Shown here piece by piece: positions 7,764 through 11,601 of a stretch of DNA of 11,601 bases. The stretch is taken from NCBI GenBank assembly GCA_036339735.1, contig JAYZAL010000102.1:1-11601 (forward strand). The letters run 5' to 3'. Made by a program: the position numbers and the translations under genes. Within the stretch, counting starts at the first letter, position 1. The number at the start of each line of letters is the position of its first letter. This stretch comes from Candidatus Poribacteria bacterium. Its GTDB lineage: Bacteria > Poribacteria > WGA-4E > UBA9662. The notes under the pieces were generated by a model that was not told the origin of the DNA, ran no database searches, and saw only the letters and a program-made list of their open reading frames with translations.

Positions 7764-8492
7764 ATGAAAATCGACGTGGTTAGCCTTTTTCCGCAGATGG
7801 TACAACCAGTTTTAGAACACGGTATTCTGAAGCGAGCTATCAAAAACGGAATCCTGAGCGTCCACCTGCATCAACTTCGAGAGTTCGCCGCCGACCAGCA
7901 CAGGACTGTTGATGATTACCCATATGGTGGTGGAGCGGGCATGATTTTGAAACCTGAGCCAATCTTCAAAGCTGTTGAGTCCCTACGCCCGAAAGTTGAT
8001 AGTAGGATCATATTTTTTACTCCTCAAGGGCAACGGTTGGATCAACGCTTAGTTGAAATTTTATCTTTAGAGAAACACCTTATTCTAATTTGTGGTCGCT
8101 ACAAGGGTATTGATGAAAGAGTAAGGTTTAAGCTGGTTACCGATGAAATTTCGGTTGGAGATTATGTCCTTAGTGGTGGTGAAATCGCAGCTCAAATACT
8201 GATTGATACAATCGGGCGTGTATTACCTAGTGCTATTGGGGATTATCAATCAGCACAAGATGATTCATTTAGCCAAGATTTATTAGACCATCCCCATTAC
8301 ACACGACCGGCTGAATTTCGAGGGATGAGAGTCCCAGAGATTTTACTGAGTGGCCACCACCAAAGAATCCAGCAATGGCGTTATCAGAAATCTCTAGATC
8401 GAACGAACCAACGCCGTCCTGACCTTGCGTATATTCACACGATAGGTAACGTGCGCGAAGAGGGCAGAACAAGTGATGATGAGACTAAATAG
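7764..8492 (+). CDS. trmD: tRNA (guanine37-N1)-methyltransferase
   Basis: VDDYPYGGGAGM, TPQG, CGRYKGIDERV, SVGDYVLSGGE, DSF, HPHYTRP, LLSGHH. Confidence 0.98.
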   Translation: MKIDVVSLFPQMVQPVLEHGILKRAIKNGILSVHLHQLREFAADQHRTVDDYPYGGGAGMILKPEPIFKAVESLRPKVDSRIIFFTPQGQRLDQRLVEILSLEKHLILICGRYKGIDERVRFKLVTDEISVGDYVLSGGEIAAQILIDTIGRVLPSAIGDYQSAQDDSFSQDLLDHPHYTRPAEFRGMRVPEILLSGHHQRIQQWRYQKSLDRTNQRRPDLAYIHTIGNVREEGRTSDDETK

Positions 8493-8535
8493 AATCCTGT
8501 CAATAGCTGAACCTAAGATAGGAAAGATTAGGTAT

Positions 8536-8542
8536 AAGGAGG
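8536..8542 (+). promoter_or_regulatory. Shine-Dalgarno for rplS
   Basis: AAGGAGG ending 6 nt before the ATG at 8549. Confidence 0.9.
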
Positions 8543-8548
8543 AAGATT

Positions 8549-8896
8549 ATGGATCTTGTTGATATTATAGAACAAGAACAACAAAAAAACGACATTCCGG
8601 ACTTCCAATCGGGAGACACGGTCCGGGTCAACACACGTATCAGAGAAGGGCAAAAAGAACGGATTCAAGCATACGAAGGTACCGTTATAAAGCGGTTAGA
8701 TCGCGGTGCCAGATCGACCTTTACCGTTCGTCGATTAGCCTATGGTACTGGGAGTGAAAGAACTTTCCCGCTCCATTCGCCTAACATCCAAAGTATTAGT
8801 ATAGTAAAGCGGGGCGTTGTACGAAGAGCTAAACTTTATTACCTGAGAGATCGAACTGGTCGCTCGGCCCGTATTCGCGAACCAAGGGATCGCTAA
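8549..8896 (+). CDS. rplS: 50S ribosomal protein L19
   Basis: PDFQSGDTVRV..RIREG.KERIQAYEG, FTVRR, ERTFPLHSP, VRRAKLYYLR. Confidence 0.98.
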   Translation: MDLVDIIEQEQQKNDIPDFQSGDTVRVNTRIREGQKERIQAYEGTVIKRLDRGARSTFTVRRLAYGTGSERTFPLHSPNIQSISIVKRGVVRRAKLYYLRDRTGRSARIREPRDR

Positions 8897-8922
8897 ACCT
8901 TTTTGCAACAACTGAGTCCAAC

Positions 8923-9519
8923 CTGTATAACAACAATCTAAAATTCGAACGACAATTAAATCAGAAGGGTTATTCTCGGGTCGCTGGCGTAGATGAAGCA
9001 GGACGGGGGGCGTTAGCTGGTCCAGTGGTGGCTGCCTGCGTAGTCTTGCCAATTGGCTTAGAGTTTTCCGGCCTAACTGACTCAAAGAAAATTTCTGCGT
9101 CTTCTCGTGATCTACTGCATGACCAGATTCACAACTCTGGTGCTTCTGTCGGTGTTGGTCAGGCATCAGTCGCTGAGATTGAAGGCCTCAATATACTGCG
9201 GGCTACCATGTTGGCGATGCAACGGGCTGTATTGGCCACCACACCTAGCCCCGACTATGTGCTCATTGATGGCAACCAATTACCAGAACTTGTTCTTCCA
9301 ATGAGTTCGTTAGTGAAGGGAGATACTCGTTGCCATTCAATTTCGGCAGCATCCATAATCGCTAAGGTTTTTAGGGATCGACTGATGCTACAACTAGACG
9401 AGCAATTTCCCGAATATGGTTTCGGGCAACATAAGGGCTACGGGACAAAACAGCACCGAGAATCTATTTCTGGCCACGGACCGTCGGTTTGCCACCGAAA
9501 AAGCTTCAAGCTGAACTGA
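8923..9519 (+). CDS. rnhB: Ribonuclease HII (start uncertain; CTG at 8923 proposed)
   Basis: The frame of the 9025..9519 ORF is open back to 8833 and encodes LKFERQLNQKGYSRVAGVDEAGRGALAGP upstream of 9025, followed by DSKK, DGN, KGD, AASIIAKV.RD, HKGYGT and HRKSF. Starting at CTG 8923 gives 198 aa. Gene identity is secure; the start coordinate is not. Confidence 0.92.
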   Translation: MYNNNLKFERQLNQKGYSRVAGVDEAGRGALAGPVVAACVVLPIGLEFSGLTDSKKISASSRDLLHDQIHNSGASVGVGQASVAEIEGLNILRATMLAMQRAVLATTPSPDYVLIDGNQLPELVLPMSSLVKGDTRCHSISAASIIAKVFRDRLMLQLDEQFPEYGFGQHKGYGTKQHRESISGHGPSVCHRKSFKLN

Positions 9520-9550
9520 ACCAGCAAGATATAAGGCTATATCAAAAGTA

Positions 9551-9660
9551 CCTAAGTTACATCTCCAGATCTAAACTTTTACAAGCCAAGTCACTAGCAG
9601 GCAAACACATCCACCCAATAGTGACTTGATTGCAATAATCTGGCCGATTAACTCTTTAGG
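9551..9660 (-). other. Long imperfect inverted repeat (rod-like hairpin) between convergent rnhB and sigma genes
   Basis: Perfect 10-bp core CAAGTCACTA (9587-9596)/TAGTGACTTG (9619-9628), nested in CCAGAT/ATCTGG (9565-9570/9638-9643), GTTA/TAAC (9556-9559/9649-9652) and CCTAA/TTAGG (9551-9555/9656-9660). Confidence 0.6.
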
Positions 9661-9743
9661 AAACCAAAAATCTTTCTAACTTTCCCACTACTAGTAACAA
9701 GGTTTTTACTTTAATATCCAACCACAAACAACCAATTACCAGA

Positions 9744-11048
9744 TCAAAGGATTTCTTTCAATAGTGATTCACGTGTTGGGTGACGTAGCTTCCGAAGAGC
9801 CTCATCCTCGATTTGTCGCACACGTTCCCGGCTGATTCCCAGACGGCGTCCTATTTCAGCAAGTGTGTATTCGCTTCCATCCCTTAGTCCATAACGTAGT
9901 TGGACTACCAATTTTTCTCTCTCAGTAAGTGTATTAAGTACCCGCTCTAAGGACTCTTTGTCAGCATTGACTAAAAGCTCATCTTCTGGTGAAGACTGAT
10001 CTTCGTCAGCAAGTAAGTCTGATATTGTAGCATCTGGTGAAGCTTCGCTTAGTGGGGAATCCAATGAAACAGTACGTCGAGTACTTTGTACGATCTCAGT
10101 TAGTCTTTCCACATCTATGTTACCAAGTCGATCCGCGATCTCTTCGTTGCTCGGTTCACGCTCTAGCTCTCGGGCTAACTTAGCTCGAGTGGCCTCAATC
10201 GTTCGGCGTGTTTCTCCCACATAGCAAGGGATACGGATTGTCTGACTTTGCTGGTCTAGTGCACGCTTAATAGCTTGCATGATCCACCAAGTTGCGTAGG
10301 TGCTAAAGCGAAAGCCGCGGGACAAATCAAACTTTTCCACTGCCTTCATCAGGCCGATGCTTCCTTCCTGCATCAAGTCCAAAAACGTCAAGGCAGATTT
10401 ACTGTGGTTATGCTGTTTCGCAATACTAGCCACAAGTAAAAGATTAGCCTGAACGATTGCGTTTTTGGTTTCCTGAACATGGCTTACTGCGCGGTTCAAT
10501 TCTACCCACAATTTTTCTAGTATGGGTTTGGTAATGAAATCGTCTTCTATTTCATCATTTACTTCAATCCCCTGAAAACTGGGCATGAAATCCCCATACA
10601 TACGTAATTTGTAAGCCCGAATTTCGTTTTCCATATTTTCCATAACAACTGAAATATTCATTGGGGTCCACCAAGCTTCTACTCCAGTTAGACCATCCTT
10701 GTTACAGCGTCTACGATTAACCTTAGGCTTAGAATTTTCCAAAATCGAAGCCGGAAAGCATTCTAATAAGCGAGTAACTTCTTTGCGCTGGTGTCCGAAT
10801 TCTGCGAACAGCTCTTTTTCTATCTTCGGTGTAAGTAAAGGAGTTTTTGCAATCTCTTGAAGATATGAAAAAGCCTCATCTTTGGAGGCTTCACTATTGT
10901 CCCCACTACGTTTGAAATTAGTAATCAATTGGCCCTCATTCGTCAAATCTGTTGGGGCTGACAATGGGGAAAAATCGTTATCATCCTCATCTTCTTTGTT
11001 GTCAAAATTTTTGTCATTTTCGTCCTTATGAAAAGGTCCTTTGTCCAT
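9744..11048 (-). CDS. RNA polymerase sigma70-family factor, RpoD/RpoS-like (group 1/2), divergent
   Basis: Region 1.2 YLQEIAKTPLLT..E; region 2 ANLLLV.SIAK...FLDLMQEG.IGLMKAVEKFD..RGFRFSTYATWWI.QAI; region 3 TIRIP...SLDSP; region 4 LTEREK.V..LRYGL...TLAEIG....SRERVRQIE..ALRKLRHP. Confidence 0.95.
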   Translation of the reverse strand: MDKGPFHKDENDKNFDNKEDEDDNDFSPLSAPTDLTNEGQLITNFKRSGDNSEASKDEAFSYLQEIAKTPLLTPKIEKELFAEFGHQRKEVTRLLECFPASILENSKPKVNRRRCNKDGLTGVEAWWTPMNISVVMENMENEIRAYKLRMYGDFMPSFQGIEVNDEIEDDFITKPILEKLWVELNRAVSHVQETKNAIVQANLLLVASIAKQHNHSKSALTFLDLMQEGSIGLMKAVEKFDLSRGFRFSTYATWWIMQAIKRALDQQSQTIRIPCYVGETRRTIEATRAKLARELEREPSNEEIADRLGNIDVERLTEIVQSTRRTVSLDSPLSEASPDATISDLLADEDQSSPEDELLVNADKESLERVLNTLTEREKLVVQLRYGLRDGSEYTLAEIGRRLGISRERVRQIEDEALRKLRHPTRESLLKEIL

Positions 11049-11057
11049 TCGGTCATA

Positions 11058-11063
11058 TCCTCC
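11058..11063 (-). promoter_or_regulatory. Shine-Dalgarno for the sigma factor
   Basis: Minus-strand GGAGGA ending 9 nt before the ATG at 11048. Confidence 0.8.
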
Positions 11064-11251
11064 AGAAAAATCTTCTTGGCTTCGTAATTTCCCTCTTGAA
11101 GGGAGTTGATTTATAATCAGAGTAGCTCAGCAACCTACTGCGATAGAATTCAAGCTTCTGTACTAGACTTCACTCACTTTCCCGAAACACTTCCACCAAT
11201 TTTGATTGGACGAAGACCACTTCACCTAGGTTTACTTGGCACTCTATTTTT

Positions 11252-11265
11252 TTGATTCTTATCAA
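11252..11265. promoter_or_regulatory. Candidate CRP/FNR-family operator (FNR consensus)
   Basis: TTGAT-TCTT-ATCAA is an exact match to TTGAT-N4-ATCAA, flanked by T- and A-tracts, about 200 bp upstream of the sigma start. Confidence 0.45.
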
Positions 11266-11579
11266 GAAAAAATAAAATAATATATTCCACGAACCAACAA
11301 AAGTGGCGAATATTTTTTCCAACTACTGAAAGATACATTTATCTGAACCATTCGGGTGTAACGCCAATTTCTCTTCGCACACAAAATTCAATGAATTCTT
11401 TTTCTTTCTCATGCAACTAGGCACGGTTTCGAAGAGGTTTCACTTTTGTTGCTGGAGATCGAACTCTGTCGCACGAATTCAGTCAAACCAATCGGTTCTA
11501 CTAGCAGCAAGATTGCTTTTACCAAAAATACAATATAGGATCTAATCCTAGTAGCAAATGGTATACGATGGTACGAAAG

Positions 11580-11593
11580 TGATAATATTATCA
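11580..11593. promoter_or_regulatory. Perfect 14-bp palindrome, Fur-box-like
   Basis: TGATAATATTATCA: two TGATAAT half-sites in a 7-0-7 arrangement. Confidence 0.35.
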
Positions 11594-11601
11594 TTACGGA
11601 A

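Noticed and set aside
8833..8896. Programmed -1 frameshift fusing L19 to RNase HII
   Set aside because: The -1 frame is open across the rplS 3' end, but there is no X-XXY-YYZ slippery heptamer; the CTG start is more parsimonious.
9025..9027. GTG 9025 as the rnhB start (ORF track)
   Set aside because: It would delete the catalytic DEAGRG motif encoded in frame just upstream.
173..9304. Shadow ORFs in the track (173..451, 895..1167, 1640..1840, 3575..3784, 5078..5320, 5192..5398, 5458..5889, 6412..6612, 6563..6808, 7565..7843, 8269..8472, 8735..9166, 9107..9304)
   Set aside because: All overlap well-supported genes antisense or out of frame and show no recognisable motifs.
9528..9543. GATATA-AGGC-TATATC hairpin as the rnhB terminator
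   Set aside because: AT-rich 6-bp stem with no U-tract on the plus strand.
11323..11594. Minus-strand ORF 11409..11594 (open to the window edge) and an ATGA-overlapping 29-aa ORF 11412..11323
   Set aside because: No recognisable family. It could be the tail of a gene entering from the right, but this window cannot support the call.

Overview
Bacterial chromosomal window, AT-rich and mostly housekeeping. Left to right: (i) the last 39 codons of an incoming gene whose C-terminus resembles a squalene-hopene/oxidosqualene cyclase-type protein; (ii) a 978-aa FAD-linked/4Fe-4S/CCG oxidoreductase (GlcD-GlcF fusion, YdiJ-like); (iii) a 406-bp intergenic region ending in a near-consensus sigma70 promoter placed to give a leaderless mRNA for a 642-aa DUF6785/DUF6784-type polytopic membrane protein; (iv) an ffh-rpsP-ylqD-trmD-rplS-rnhB cluster with its own promoter, lacking khpA and rimM; (v) a convergent, sequence-divergent RpoD-like sigma factor with a palindrome-rich upstream region. 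I found no mobile element, CRISPR array, tRNA or rRNA, and no clearly novel multi-gene system. The best leads are small-scale: rnhB has no ATG/GTG/TTG upstream of its catalytic motif (likely CTG start), a ~110-nt rod-like hairpin lies between rnhB and the sigma gene, a possible pseudoknot abuts the rplS Shine-Dalgarno, and the sigma factor has substitutions at -10-reading residues plus an exact FNR-consensus box upstream. Gene content hints at a Poribacteria/Armatimonadota-like lineage (weak inference). All RNA folds were done by hand; no databases were searched.
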